Source: Phaeosaccion multiseriatum (taxonomy: Eukaryota > Protista > Ochrophyta, other classes). Taken from it: DNA of 64,000 bases. The stretch covers positions 5,208,001 to 5,272,000 of the forward strand of contig OZ218951.1 of assembly GCA_965112735.1 (NCBI GenBank). The letters run 5' to 3'. Below the pieces are notes generated by a model. That model was given only the letters and a program-made list of their open reading frames with translations, was not told the DNA's origin and ran no database searches. The translations under genes and the position numbers were made by a program. The stretch's first letter is position 1; each line of letters begins with the position of its first letter. Positions 11,797 to 24,273 of the stretch are shown in pieces.

Positions 11797-14700
11797 ATGA
11801 ACCAAGTATTAGAGGAGGAGGACATGTATCGGACACAAGGAGTGACGGACGTGACGCTTCCCTCCTTCGTGCTGGCGCTGCTGCTCGTGCTCGCCCTTGT
11901 GTTCCCTCTCCCACGGCCTCTCGGCCGTGCCCTCTGTCGCGGGCGCAGGATCATCCATGCTTATCGCCGTGCTCTTCTCTTGCTGGGCTGTGCTGGCGTT
12001 CTTCACCTTCGCTATGAGTCGGGGAGCTGTCCAGGGACGAGGTAGGTCCAGAAATTGTGATAGGGGAAGGAAGACGTGGGGGAAGGAACCGCTCGCCACT
12101 GCTCTCTCGGTCTCGCTTTGCTTTATCTTCTTACATCCCCCCTCACTCCCTCTCCCGCCTTCCCTCTCTCTCTGGCGCCCTTCACTCTCTCTCTTCGGAG
12201 CAGCTTTCTCGAGGACTTGCAACGCTTCATCACTGAAGAGACTTCGCTACTCTCGCACCGTATGTGGAGCATGGGCATAGACGTCCTCGTGATGGGCCTA
12301 GGCGTGCAACTATTGCGATGCGTGTCCGCGCTGTGGGCTGCCCCGTTTCAGTGGTCGCTGAGGGATGTTTGGGTAAGTGGGGTGGTGTTTGGGGTGTCGT
12401 CGTCGTTGCTTCATTGAACTAAAGCGGGAGAAATCTCGTTGTCGACCAGAGAGGTGCATTGTCCCATGTTGGGGTGTTGACTCGTGGTAGTGGCTTTCCG
12501 CCAGATGCTCATCACTCTCCCCTCCACCCCCTCCCTCCCTCCTTCGCCCACATCCCTGTTGTGCAGTCGGCAGTCTATGACCAGGCATTTGCCATGGTCA
12601 GCATGCTGCCCCCCGTTCAACGCATCATTCAGCGGGAGATGGGGAAAATTGAGAGAGACGTGGAGCATGCCCTGAAGGGCGACAAACAGCAGCACCGGGA
12701 CCCCCACGGCCAGGGGGAGGACGACAAAAGAAAGGGGGAGGAGGAGACAGAGGGCACGCTAGAAGGGCGCTTCACGCGGCTGCCAGCCTCGCCCGCAGGC
12801 AGCAGTACCAGCATCATCTCCATGATTCAAAAGAGAGCAAAGAAGGAGGACGCAAGCTGGCAGGGAGGCAAAGCATCTGGAGCTGTGTACCACGGAGGGG
12901 AGGAGCACACGGCGCTAATGAACCAGGCGTACGCGGCCTTCTCTGTCAGTAACCCCCTTCACCCCGACCTCTGGCCCTCCTGTATGAAGTTCGAGGCAGA
13001 GATCGTTTCCATGACTGCTCGCTTGCTGGATGGAGGCCAGGAGAGCGTCGTTGGCTCGCTGAGCAGCGGAGGGACGGAGAGCATTGTCCTTGCGGCCAAG
13101 ACGCACCGAGACTATTACAGAGCCAGGTCAGCGTATAAGATGAGGGGTCAGAGGTGAAGGTCTTACTCACTCACTCACTCACTCCGCCCACTCACTCACT
13201 CACTCACTCCCTCCCTCACTTCCTCTCTCACTCTCTCTCTCACTCACTCACTCACTCACTCACTCACTCCCTCATTTTTCCCTTTCTCACTCACTCTCTT
13301 ACACACTTACTTGCGCACTCCTCCATGCCCGCTCGCCCTTCTCCCAACAGGGGCATCACTCAACCGGAAATTGTCGCGTGCGTGTCTGCCCACGCTGGAA
13401 TCGACAAGGTATGCACTCCAATCGCTCTTCCCCTCCTCCTCCTCCTCCTCCTCCTCCTCCTCCTCCTCCTCCTCCTCCTCCTCCTCCTCCTCCTCCTCCT
13501 CCTCCTCCTCCTCCTCCTCCTCCTCCTCCTCCTCCTCCTCCTCCTCCTCCTCCTCCTCCTCCTCCTCCTCCTCCTCCTCCTCCTCCTCCTCCTCCTCCTC
13601 CTCCTCCTCCTCCTCCTCCTCCTCCTCCTCCTCCTCCTCCTCCTCCTCCTCCTCCTCCTCCTCCTCCTCCTCCTCCTCCTCCTCCTCCTCCTCCTCCTCC
13701 TCCTCCTCCTCCTCCTCCTCCTCCTCCTCCTCCTCCTCCTCCTCCTCCTCCTCCTCCTCCTCCTCCTCCTCCTCCTCCTCCTCCTCCCCTTCCTCGTCCC
13801 CCCCACCGCCCTTCTCCTCCTCCTCCTCTCACCCCTCCCCGCCCGCCCACCAACCCCCCTCTTCCTCCTCCAAGGCGTGCTCTCTACTGAGCATCAAACT
13901 CGTCAAAGTACCCATGGATGCGGAAACCTTCAAGGCTGACACCGTGGCCATGCAGCGAGCCATGACCGTCAACACCATCATGCTCTACGCCTCCGCACCC
14001 TCCTTTCCCCAGGGCATCATTGACCCCATCCAGGAGCTCTCACAAATGGCGCAACGGCACGGCTGCGGCCTTCACGTGGACTGTTGCTTAGGCGGTTTCG
14101 TATTGCCCTTTGCCAGGAAACTGGGGCTCACTGACATACCCGCGTTCGACTTCTCCCTCCCTGGAGTAACGTCCATGTCAGTAGACACCCATAAGTATGG
14201 TTATGCCAGCAAGGGCACGTCGGTGGTGCTGTACAGAGACAAGCAGCTCCGTCACTGCCAGTACTTTTGCTACCCGGACTGGACCGGAGGCCTCTATTGT
14301 ACCCCCACCATCGCCGGTAGCAGACCGGGGGGGCTTGTCGCCGCGGCCTGGGCGGCAATGGTGTCCATGGGGGAGGAGGGCTACTTGGCGGTTACAGAAG
14401 GCATCTTGCAGGCCGTCAGGGTCATCGTGGACGGCATTGAGAGAGAGATACCGGAGCTGCGCGTGTTGGGCAAGCCTCAGGCTATGGTGGTGTGCTTTGG
14501 GAGTAGTGACCGTGGTGGTGGTGGCAGTAGTGGTGGTAGTAGTAGCAGTAGCAGCAGTAGTGGTACTAGGCAGGGGTGCAACGTGTACAGCGTGAGCGAC
14601 GGGATGAGCCGGCGCGGCTGGAGCCTCAACAGCCTCCAATCCCCGCCCTGCGTGCACATATGCGTCACGAGACAGACGGTGGGGCAGGAGCATCGCTTTG

Positions 14701-14903
14701 TACGCGACTTGCGAGAGGCAGTGGCCGAGACTAGGGGGGAGGAGCAAGAGCAGCCAACAGAAGGAGAAATTGAGGGCAAGAAGACTAAGAAGAAGAAAAG
14801 CGATGGGGGGGATGCGAGGATCTACGGCATGGCCGGAGGGATGCCCGCAGGACCCGTCAAGATGCTGCTGCAAGCCTACACCGACATCACTCTGCAGGCC
14901 TAG
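11797..14903 (+). CDS. SGPL1: Sphingosine-1-phosphate lyase (PLP-dependent); exons ~11797-12041, ~12203-12372, ~12567-13126, 13351-13408, 13875-14903
   Basis: Motifs WQGGKASGAVYHGG, SNPLHPDLWP, SGGTESI, HVDCCLGGF, SMSVDTHKYGY (PLP lysine), TPTIAGSRPGG; N-terminal hydrophobic anchor. Confidence 0.95.
13432..13786. repeat. (CCT)n microsatellite, intronic
   Basis: About 350 bp pure CCT run within the S1P lyase intron 13409-13874. Confidence 0.97.
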
Positions 14904-15301
14904 AGAGGGAGGGAGGGGCTTGCTACTAAAGGGCGTCTCGAGTGGACAAGACTTTCTGTCTACATACGTGTGTCACTGTCTAGCAGGGAGGGAGGCCCTC
15001 AGCCAGGGAGAGGGTCGACAAGCCGAAGCCCATGCATCAATGTCCAAGCCTGACGGTCCAAAGGACGGAAGGAGCTGAGGAGCGGGCTACAAACAGCGGC
15101 GGGGTTTCCTCCCACCCACCCGTGGGTTTGTGTTATTTTATAAAAAAAAAAAATTGACTTCTATTTTGATCCTTTACGTAGTCGTCAGCGGGGGTCCATT
15201 GGTAAGATTGGAAAAAACAGCCAGTCACCAAACTGAAGCTCGAGGAACTACAGCCTCTGCTCTTCCTGCTCAGCACCGTGCGAAGAAATCTAGTGAGCTT
15301 G

Positions 15302-17009
15302 TCATGCCATCTCCTCCGCCACCTCCTGCAGCACCTCAGGGCTAACCTCTCTCTGCGACACCTTCAGCCTCCCTTCCTTGCCAAAGAGAAGGTCAGTGCC
15401 CCGCATCAGGTCCAACGCGCTCTGTGACGCAAAGTGCTGCCTGCCCGCAGACAGGAGGAACTGAACACAGGCTCCTGCATCGTTGCGCCGTCGGGCTTTT
15501 GTCAGAGCCTTTGCCAGGGAGGCCCCTCCTGAGAGCAGCTCCAGCACCACCCCGCTGTGGCCCTTCACGGCCGCAGTAATTAAAGGCATCAAAGACGTCC
15601 CATCTGGAGTCCTGCCCGCAGTGTGGTCAGGATCAGCCCCTGCGGACAGGAGCTCACGGATCACTGCCCGTTGGTCATTGAAAGCAGCCATGTTCAAAGC
15701 TGTGAGGCCAACAATCCTACTAGCAGAAGGCATATCTACGTCAGCACCTCCTGAGATGAGTTCCTTCACGACACGAGCATGGCCAGCACCAGCTGCAATG
15801 TGTATCGCTCCATACCCGTCGCCGCTGATCGCATTCACCTCTGCACCAGCCCTAAGCAGCTTCCGCACAATGCCTCTGTGCCCTTTCCTCGACGCTACAA
15901 TCAATGCACTTCTCCCCTCCTCACGACTATGGCTCTCGAGTTCCGCGCCGGCTTTGATGAGCTGCTCCACCACAAGGCCATGTCCATGTTGGCTTGCAAC
16001 GAACAGCGGAAACACGTGGCGCAGTCTCAAATTCGCGTCTGCCCCCGAGGTGAGCAGCAGCTGCGTGACCCTGTCGTGTCCTCTTTCTGCGGCCATCAGC
16101 AAGGGGGTGGTGACCCGAACATTCTTGACATCCACATGGTTGGGATCAGCGCCGGCCGACAGCAGCTGCTGCACCACCGCATGATGCCCTTCCTCGGAGG
16201 CATGCAGCAAGGCAGTATAACCGTCCGAATCTGCCTTGTCGACCTCCGCGCCGGCTGAGAGCAGCTGCCGGACCACTCTCTCATGTCCTTCATGTGAGGC
16301 TTGTTGGAGCGCCGTAAGCCTTCCATGCTCAGATGCCTCCATATCCACCTCTGCACCCGCCGTCAGCAGCTGCTGCACCACTACATGATGTCCCATACAG
16401 GAGGCGCATATCAAAGGCGTAAAGCCATTATTGGTAGCACAGGCTACGCTGGCACCGGCGGCGAGCAGCTTGTGCACCAGCACAACGGCCCCAGCAGACG
16501 AGGCCACCGTGAGAGCCGTATGTCCGGTAGAATCTACTGCATTGACGTCAGCACCAGCAGAGAGGAGCTGTTGCAAAAGAGTAGCATCCCCAAGATCACA
16601 TGCACCAATCAACGCAGTCCTGCCATCGCAAGCAGCTGCCACACTCGGCGACGCCCCCTCTTGCAGCAGAAGACCAACGATATCACTCCTCCTCTGTGCC
16701 ACAGCCAAGTGGAGGGCAAGACCCCCTGTCTCATCAATGGGCTCGTCCAAGCATGCCGTCCTCCCTCCGTTCTTAGCGATGAGGGCCCTCATCGCCGCCC
16801 GCACCCTTTGGGCGCTCTGATCACCTCTGATGGCTTGAAGCAGGCGCGTAGCCTACCGCAAGGGGCAAGACAGCAAGGACAAGAGTGAGGGGGGACATGA
16901 ATAGGAAAAGCGGGTAATAGCGGCGTGAGAGTGAGAGACAAGGCGGGGGGAGAAAGGCTAGAGATAGAGGAGGGGGGATTCATACCTCAATGCTGAAGGC
17001 CCTCTGCAT
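15302..17009 (-). CDS. Ankyrin-repeat protein, intact copy A; exons 17009-16986 and 16852-15302
   Basis: About a dozen G-x-T-A/P-L..A..GH..VV..LL..GA repeats in ORF 15302..16804. An 8-codon first exon (MQRAFSIE|gtatg) splices in phase 0 to tag|GCT at 16852. Confidence 0.88.
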
Positions 17010-17323
17010 GGTACCGGGAACGGGGCTGTGGCCCGTTGAGCAAGGCGGAGAGGGGGAGGTGCGGTAGACCAGTAGCGATTTGGAAAGGCAAAGGAACACG
17101 GGGCATGATTATGTCAATGGCAGACTTTAACAAACGAAGGGAGGGAGGAGGGAAGGAAGGCCGTATTCTATTCCTGTCTCGAATGTCCTCTGTCAGCTCT
17201 GTCGCACAGCTAACCCCCCCACTGATCCTCTCATTTACAGAGCATGGAAACATGATGGCTCTACTCGCGGTGGAATATGCGGCTGACGAGCACTGCTTCC
17301 TCCTCTTCGTCGCTGTCCTCGGC

Positions 17324-17416
17324 CCCCTGACGCACTATCGCCCACATTCTCGATAGCGGATAGCCGATGGGCTGGCGCCGGCGATAGCGGATAGCGGATA
17401 GTGCGTCAGGGGTTGA
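17324..17416 (+). mobile_element. MITE-like palindromic element, copy 2 (left TIR 4 bp shorter)
   Basis: TIR CCCCTGACGCACTATC / GATAGTGCGTCAGGGG; flanking direct repeat CTCGGC (17318-17323, 17417-17422); shared core GCCCACATTCTCGA and GATAGCG repeats. Confidence 0.78.
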
Positions 17417-17489
17417 CTCGGCTTAGGCCATCCTCTTTCCGCCTTCCCAACGCCCCTGACCACACCACAGACGAGAGGCGCCCCTTTCA

Positions 17490-19000
17490 TCATGCCATCT
17501 CCTCCGCCACCTCCTGCAGCACCTCAGGGCTGACCTCTCTCTGTGACACCTTCAGCTTCCCTTGCTTGCCAAAGAGACGATCAGTGCCCCGCATCAAGTC
17601 CAATGCACTCTGTGACGCAAAGTGCTGTCTTTCCGCAGACAGGAGGAATTCAATACAGACTCCTGCATCGTTTGTCTCTCGGGCTAGAGTCAGAGCCTTT
17701 GCCAGTGAGGCCCCTCCTGAGAGCAGCTCCAGCACCACCCCGCTGTCACCCTCTGTAGCCGCTGCAATCAAAGGCGTCAAAGGCGTCCCATCTTGAGTCT
17801 CACCCCCAGCGTGGTCAGCATCAGCCCCTGCAGACTGGAGCTCACGGATCACCGCCCTATGGCCCTGTATAGCAGCCACGCTCAAAGCTGTGATCCTTGC
17901 AGTAGGCATATCTACGTCAGCACCTCCTGAGATGAGTTCCTGCACGACACGAGCATGGCCATTTATGTGTATCGCTCCACACCCGTCGCCACAGATCGCA
18001 TTCACCTCTGCACCAGCCCTGAGCAGCTTCCGCACAATGCTTCTGGCTGTGCCCTTCGAAAGATGCTCCCATCAATACACGTCTCCCCTGCTCACCACTA
18101 CGGCTCTCGACTTCCGCGCCGGCTTTGATGAGCTGATCCACCACAATGCCATGTCCACGTTGGCTTGCAGCATATATACAGCGGAAACATTCCGTGGCGC
18201 GGTCCCAAATTCGCGTCTGCCCCCGAGGTGAGCAGCACCTACGTGACCTTGTCTTGTCCTCTTTTTGCGGCTATGAGAAAGGGGGTGGTGCCTCGAACAT
18301 TTTTGAAATCCTTATGGTTGGGATCAGCGCCGGCCGACAGCAGCTGCTGCACCACCGCATAATTCCCTTCCTCGGAGGCACGCAGCAAGGCAGTACAACT
18401 AACCGAATCTGCCTTGTCGACCTCGGCGCCGGCTGAGAGGAGCTGCCGGACCACTCTCTCACATCCCGCATGTGAGGCTTGTTGGAGCGCCGTAGTCCCT
18501 CCGTTCCCAGATACCCCATCCACCTCTGCACCCGCCGCCAGCAGCTGCTGCACCACTGCATGATGTCCCATACTGGAGGAGGAGTTCAAAGCCGAAAAGC
18601 CATCATTGGCAGCCCAGGCCCGCCGCTGGCACCGGCGAAGAGCAGCTTGTGCACCAGCACAACGGCCCCAGCAGAGGAGGCCACCATGAGAGCCGTATAC
18701 CCGTTGGTATCCACTGCATTGACGTCAGCACCAGCGGAGAGGAGCTGTTGCACAAGAGCAGCATCGGCAACAGCACATGCAGACGTCAAAGCAGTGGCTG
18801 GCTGCTACTGTCTGAAGACCCACAATGTGCTGACGCCCCCCCCTGCAGCTAAAGGCCAACGATATCACTCCTCCTCTGTACCACAGCTAAGGGCAGGCCA
18901 GATACCCTTCCTCGTCGAGGGGATCGTCCAAACATGATTTCCTCCCGTCCTCTGTTTCAGGATGAGTGCCCTCACGGCCGCTTGCACCCTTTGACGCTCT
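17490..19000 (-). pseudogene. Ankyrin-repeat pseudogene, tandem paralog of copy A
   Basis: Homologous coding sequence is split over several frames (17490..18035, 17917..18144, 18239..18589, 18586..18789), indicating multiple frameshifts. Same C-terminal tail as copy A. Confidence 0.85.
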
Positions 19001-19533
19001 CACCATCACCCCTGTTCCCGCCCTTTGAGCAAAGGGCAGCCTGCCACACGGAGCAACGCAATGAGTGGCGCTTGTAAAAGTTCAAGCGATAGCTCGCTTA
19101 AAAGGCTGGGAGCCTGAGACAAACAGGAGGAAACGGAGGGGCTGCTGATGGGTTGCTCAGACCGCTATACTTGTAGGGGATGATGGAAAGGGAGGGAGGA
19201 GAAAAACTTAAGACAAAGCAGCTGGCAGAGAAGTGGACGACCATGCCCCGCCCGACCCTTTACCTGCATAATTTCGACTGCTGTCTGCACGTCGGTGATA
19301 ATTTTTAAAGCCCGCCAAAGACAGAGAAGGGGCGGATGGAGAAGGAAGGAAAGTTTTGCGGGTTCGTCCACCCCCGGGTTTCCCTGACTTCCACCAAATT
19401 CTTGATGTACAGTCATAAGTCGGGTGAGCAGCTCGGGAAGAAGGAGAGACCAGAAGTGTACAAAGCACACGTCCGGGACGGGCTTTTTGTCAAATGCTCT
19501 TCGGCTGACGTTCTTGCGAAGCTCTGGGAGGGC

Positions 19534-19567
<34 letters not shown>

Positions 19568-19834
19568 GGAAGAGGGACAGACTTGCTTCCCCCAAAAGGC
19601 CGGGTATCTTGAGTCCGTGTTGTACGAGCAGGCGCCAAGAATACAAAGGACGGTGGCGAAAGGATGGGAGGATGGGCGCAACGCTTTGGCTTTCTTCCTT
19701 CCGTGCGGCGGGAGGGAGCAAGGGAGGGGCTACGGAGAGGAGACAGGGCACGGAGTGAGAGGAGAAAAGAAGGGGAGGGGAGGATAGGACGCAAAGGGGC
19801 AGCAAGAGGAGGAGCGGTCCCAGGTGCAGATACT

Positions 19835-22800
19835 ATGCTCTCACATGGCTCACACCAAGTCGAAGCGGCAGGAAGGGCAAGAGAAGGAGCAGCGGCACTA
19901 CGAAAACGCGGCACGGGCCCCACCTTAGCGCTCCTTGGCGTGACGGCCTTGTTCGCCTCCTTCTCCGCCCTCCCTCTCGGGGCCGAGGCTCAGAGTGATA
20001 ATGACGATAAGTGGGAAGTGTTGCAGGTACACGTGCTCGCCCGGCACGGACAGCGTGAGCAATTGGTCAAGGACAGTGGCGATTTTGCCGAGTCGGGAGG
20101 GGAAGGGGCTAACGACTCTGGCGCGAGCGCCCTTACCGCAGACGGCGTGCTGCAGTGCTTCCGAGCGGGGAACCTCCTTAGAAGCCGGTACATCAACGTG
20201 CCTACCGACGAGCCCACCTATGTGGAGGACCTGCAGGAATTCAGTCTTGAGCATGTGGTGGTACGGTCTTCGGACACAGACCGAACGCTCGCCAGCGCGT
20301 CTGTATTGGCTGATGGGATGTACCCTCCGGCGGACCCCGACGAGCCGGGCGGGGACGAGGATGAGGACGCGGGCGCGTGCTCCCGAATCCCGAATGGATT
20401 TCTGGTGACACCGGTGAGTGAGTGAGGGACTGCGTGAGTGCTTCATTTATTACAGAGCTGGTATGCTAATGATTATCCAAATAGCTATTCCTAGTGCTAA
20501 AGTGTTCACCATGGTACTCTGTGTTGAGTAGTGTAAGAGTCAAAAGTGCTATCAGTACTGCCAAACACATGCTTAGCTCAGTGTGGCGCATCCGTGAGAA
20601 CGCCCATGACTCCCCAGTCCAGCTTGGTTGCAGCTTCATTGGCTGGCATTTTGCCCCGAAGTAGGGTGACGTACCGTGAGTGAGTGAGTGGGAGAGTGGG
20701 TGTTTGAGTGAGTGAGTGAGTGAGTGAGGGGGTATGAGTGAGTGAGTGAGTGAGTGAGTGAGTGAGTGAGTGAGTGGGTATATGAGTGAGTGACTGAACG
20801 AATGGGTGAGAGAGTGAGTGAGTGAGGGTTTTACTCTCGTATGTACCAAGGTACTTGGAGATAGAGACTCTGTGCGAGCCAGCTGGAACGAGCTAGCCCG
20901 AAAGACAGGGAGAGGTGACGCTCAGAGAGAGGGTTAGAGAGAGAACGAGCTAGAGAAAGAGAGAGGGATGGAAAGGAAGAGAGGTAGCCTCCGTGTAGGC
21001 TGTCCACCCTCCCTTCTCTCTCCGTTCCCGCTTTGGTGCCATCGTGAATCGCTGTGCCCACACCCCCCTCATCTTGTTGCGCCGCTCCTCCTCACACTCG
21101 CTCATACCTCATCGTATACAATGTGTAGGTGCACACCATTGCTGAGGAGGACGATATCGAGCTGCGTGCATACAACAAGTGCAACACGTACTTCGACAAT
21201 GTTGACACTCTCTACGAGTCCGCGGAGTTTGAGGCCCGACAGGACGCCGAGGAAGACCTTATCATGAACATTAGGGACCGCCTCCTCGGCACCAAGATCT
21301 GTGAGACTGAACTCAACATCCTGGTATTTGTGGCGGCCGAGGACGGCAACGGAAGGAGCTCCCCGGTGTACGAGCTCAAGGAGGCGTACAACTTATATGA
21401 CTGCCTTGCCGTTACAGAAGTCAAGAGCCCGGGAATCGTCAGCGAGCTTGTCACACAAGAGCAACTCGACAAACTGAGAAATGTGAGTTTGAGGGAGGAG
21501 GAGGAGGAGGAGGAGGAGGATGAGGAGGAGGAAGAGGAGGAAGAGGAGGAGGGGGAGGACGAGGACGAGGGCGGAGACCGACCGCTACACCCACCCACCC
21601 CTGCTCTACCCCTGCTCTACTGTCGCGCATTTGAAGAACTTTTCTAAGGATCTCTCTCCACTGTGCTTGGCTCACTTTCGCTTTTTTTTTTGTCGCCCCA
21701 CACGCCCGTTCTCTTCGCTGCTCGTGCCATGCGCTCACGCTATGCGACCCATCCGTCTGTCTTGTCCGACCCACCACGGTGGCTATGCTATGCCATGCTA
21801 CGGCAGTCTCACGCTGCAAACCCCCCCTCTCTGTTCTTCTCCTCTTCCTCCTCCTCCTCCTCCTCCTCCCCTCCTCCTCTTACTCCTCCTCCTCCTCCTC
21901 CTCCTCGTCATCCCCCCCCTCAACGCAACAAATCAAATACGAAAACAGGCTGTGAACTGGCTGGAGGACCAAAAGTACCGCCCTGATATTGTGGGCAACA
22001 TGCTGGGAGGTACATACGTAACCGACATGGTCCGCACCATGTACCTCAGAGTGCGTGACAACGCCATCCTCCCCCCTATACTTCACGTGAACATGGCCCA
22101 CTACCCTACCATGAAGGGAGTGGGGTCGGCCCTGGGTCTGCCTAATGTGGTGAAGGGCATCCCGGGTTTCGCAAGCATGCTGATCTTTGAACTGGTGAAG
22201 GACAAGACCAGTGGGGGCCGAGACTTTTCGGATGACTTTTCCATGTTTGGGGTGCGTGTGCTCTACCACAACGGAGACGAAGAGGATGTCACAGACGATG
22301 ATGGTAACGCCATTCTGACCTCAGCCCACACCGTCCAGTTTAGTCCTTGGGGAGACGCCGATCCCAGCGGCGTGGTGTCGTGGACGGATTTCACGGAGTG
22401 GATAAGGGAAAACACCGTGGAGTTTGCCAATGGACACGACTGGTGCCAGGCGTGTGGCACATGGACACCAACGGTTTGTCTTGCCAAGCAGCTCGAGGAT
22501 TCCATGACAGAGAATGCGGGACTGAAGGGGGACAATGACGACCTCAAAACGGACAATCTCACTCTCCAGAATGAGCTGGCCGCCGCCTTGGGCGCACGTG
22601 ATCAGGAGGACCAGGAGGACGGCGATGATGTGAGAGGGGCAGGGGATGACTCGGCGACCAGTGGCTCCCCACGGACGAGTGGAGGAGGTGATTACGGGGG
22701 GGGCTCCATCGCTTTGGGCTTCTTCATGGGCTTACTGATTGGTGCGGTGGGCGTGGTGCTGATTGGAAGGCAACTTATGCGCCGCAAGTCTTCGATGAGA

Positions 22801-23220
22801 GACGGCACGGACACACACTACAAGCCGCCACCGGATGCCGGCATGGACGGATCAGGGGGACGGGCAGGCGCAGCCGGCATGGGTGGCGTGGGCGGGACAC
22901 GGGAGGCCGTGGGTGGTGGGAGCGGGGGAGGATCGGAGGGGGATGACATGGCAACCGATGGGCTTACGAGGGGCTCCAGCATTAGCGCTTGGGCGTCCGG
23001 CCTCAACGGGCTCAACAACATTTGGGCCACTGACTTAGACAATAGTGGGCATGGTGCCGCCCCAATCATGCCTAGGTCGACGAATTCGACAATGACAAGG
23101 CCCAAGGTGGTCCGGAGCAGTTCGAATGAGGATGACGAACACTTTGGTGGGGAGGAGACCAAAGAGAGTGGAGGGGGGCATCACAACGGCGGTGAGCATG
23201 TGCTGCAGGCCACGGTGTAA
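19835..23220 (+). CDS. Histidine acid phosphatase (clade 2), type I membrane protein; exons ~19835-20413, 21129-21482, 21949-23220
   Basis: VHVLARHGQR, RSSDTDRTLASA and TP|VHT motifs; signal-like hydrophobic segment before AEA|Q; C-terminal TM IALGFFMGLLIGAVGVVLIG. The start could instead be 19664. Confidence 0.85.
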
Positions 23221-23353
23221 GCAAGGCATATGGGACAAATAGATAGCAGCAACAGTCGTATGGGCATACGTGCAGCTCAGAGTGATGAGTCGGCCGCACA
23301 CAGAAGTCATATGGGGCAGCAACAGCAGTCGTATGGGCGGCAGAGTCGAGAGT

Positions 23354-23391
<38 letters not shown>

Positions 23392-24273
23392 CTGCTCACT
23401 GCTTCTGCTGATGCTACTGCGGACTTCTGGGCTTGTGGGCCCTTGCGTGCTGACTTCGGCCGTGTGTGTGTGTGTGCAGCTCTTGTCTGTGCTGCCTGCC
23501 TGCAGTGTAGGGTGGTGGTGGATGGTGCCTTGTGCCTTGTGCACTCTTTCTGATCAAGAGGGTCGATCGAGCAAGCGCAGCACGCGAAGAGGGGTAAGTG
23601 ACAGGGGCACCTACCTACCCAGAGGCGACGGAAGAGACACTACGAGCGGAGTTGTAAACACTTCGTGCCTGTTGCGCTTGCCCAGCCTTCCTCATTGCAA
23701 AGAGCTTTGGGGCAGGCTGCCACCCTTTGCTGTGCATGAACGGCAGCAGGAGGCAGTGCACACACTCACACGCACACACACACACAGATGAAGATATGCG
23801 GTACTGGAAACGAAACGGCTTCGAGCGAAGGCGTTGGGCGGTGAGGAGCGATGTGGGGGGGGGGCTGCATGTCGATGAGCGCCCCTCCTTCCTTCTTGCC
23901 TGGCATGAGTGGACTCGAATGGGGCTACTGGATGGTCCTGCACAGACGAAAGAGGGGGTGGAGGGGAGGTTCATCTTCCGCTCCTGGCCGCTCTTTCTTC
24001 TGCTTATCATTTCATAGCCCTCTTCCAGCCCACACTCGACGAGAGGAGGAGGAGGAGGAGGAGGAGGAGGAGCGAAGTGTGAGCTTTTGGTATGCTGTGG
24101 AGAGCCTTCTTGCTTCCTTCCTTCCTCACCACGCGTAAGACAGCACGCGCCGCATATCTTGTGAATTAACCTTTGCACCAAGTTTTATGGATGGATGCAA
24201 TTCATGCGAATGAGATACTGTAGATTACAACAAAGAAAAATAGAAGAAAAAGTATATATAGGAGCGCATCACA

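Noticed and set aside
13154-13939. Poly-L/P/G/R ORFs and the apparent poly-Ser insert in the S1P lyase
   Set aside because: The (CCT)n lies within a GT-AG intron (13409-13874); splicing restores GIDK|ACSLL.
15302-17009. Ankyrin genes as pure retrocopies
   Set aside because: Copy A has a plausible 5' intron (16985-16853), and no poly-A tail or flanking TSD is evident.
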